From Raillietiella orientalis (Eukaryota), in the NCBI GenBank assembly GCA_036172245.1, contig JAYWIR010000029.1:2294001-2358000 (forward strand): a DNA stretch of 64,000 bases. Reading direction: 5' to 3'. Positions 63,804-64,000 of the stretch are shown one piece after another (the stretch's first letter is position 1; each line of letters starts with the position of its first letter). A model generated the notes under the pieces. The model saw nothing but the letters and a program-made list of their open reading frames with translations. It did not search any database and was not told the DNA's origin. Both the position numbers and the translations under genes were made by a program.

Positions 63804-64000
63804 AAAAAAAATCCCCTCGAAATTTCCTCAAAGAGATTCCCCCGGCATCATCAGTCCGTAGTCTCAAATAGCCGGTGGAAAAATGCACATGTGAGCCAGC
63901 CCAACAGCGGCAAAGGTGCACAGTTCCACGCAAGGAACGGAGCGCGCTGCTCTCTGCTGCCGCTAATTTCCATTTCTTCGCGGAGCCGTGGGAGGGTTTG

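Noticed and set aside
63748..63811. Poly-A tracts giving lysine-rich ORFs
   Set aside because: Low-complexity homopolymers, common throughout the window.

Overview
Invertebrate animal (metazoan) genomic DNA; the species cannot be told from the sequence. Five host genes can be spliced by hand into complete, frame-consistent CDSs: a ZnT2-type zinc transporter (+, 1104-2700), a STRAD pseudokinase (-, 2733-3747), Rab27 (-, 28928-50300), TBCD (+, 54782-58458) and FBXO28 (-, 58524-60019). Most introns are only 36-63 nt. The two convergent gene pairs have stop codons 32 and 65 nt apart. Rab27 is the exception, with two ~10.3 kb introns, and it straddles an AT-rich/GC-rich compositional boundary. The rest looks like a transposon graveyard. 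It holds many very decayed Penelope-like (RT + GIY-YIG) relics in both orientations, recognised by eye from ordered degenerate motifs, so they need HMM confirmation. There is also a young fold-back mariner derivative carrying a 270-bp insert whose near-identical twin lies 8 kb away, a 692-bp fold-back/MITE-like element, a candidate LTR, and an unclassified GC-rich dispersed repeat family, one copy of which has grown two abutting perfect palindromes. Protein oddities: STRAD keeps an HRD catalytic Asp but lacks the terminal WEF (an in-frame CEF follows the stop), Rab27 has HKxD instead of NKxD, and TBCD appears to lack the WRY segment. No rRNA, tRNA or CRISPR array was found, and I cannot claim a wholly new biological system with confidence.
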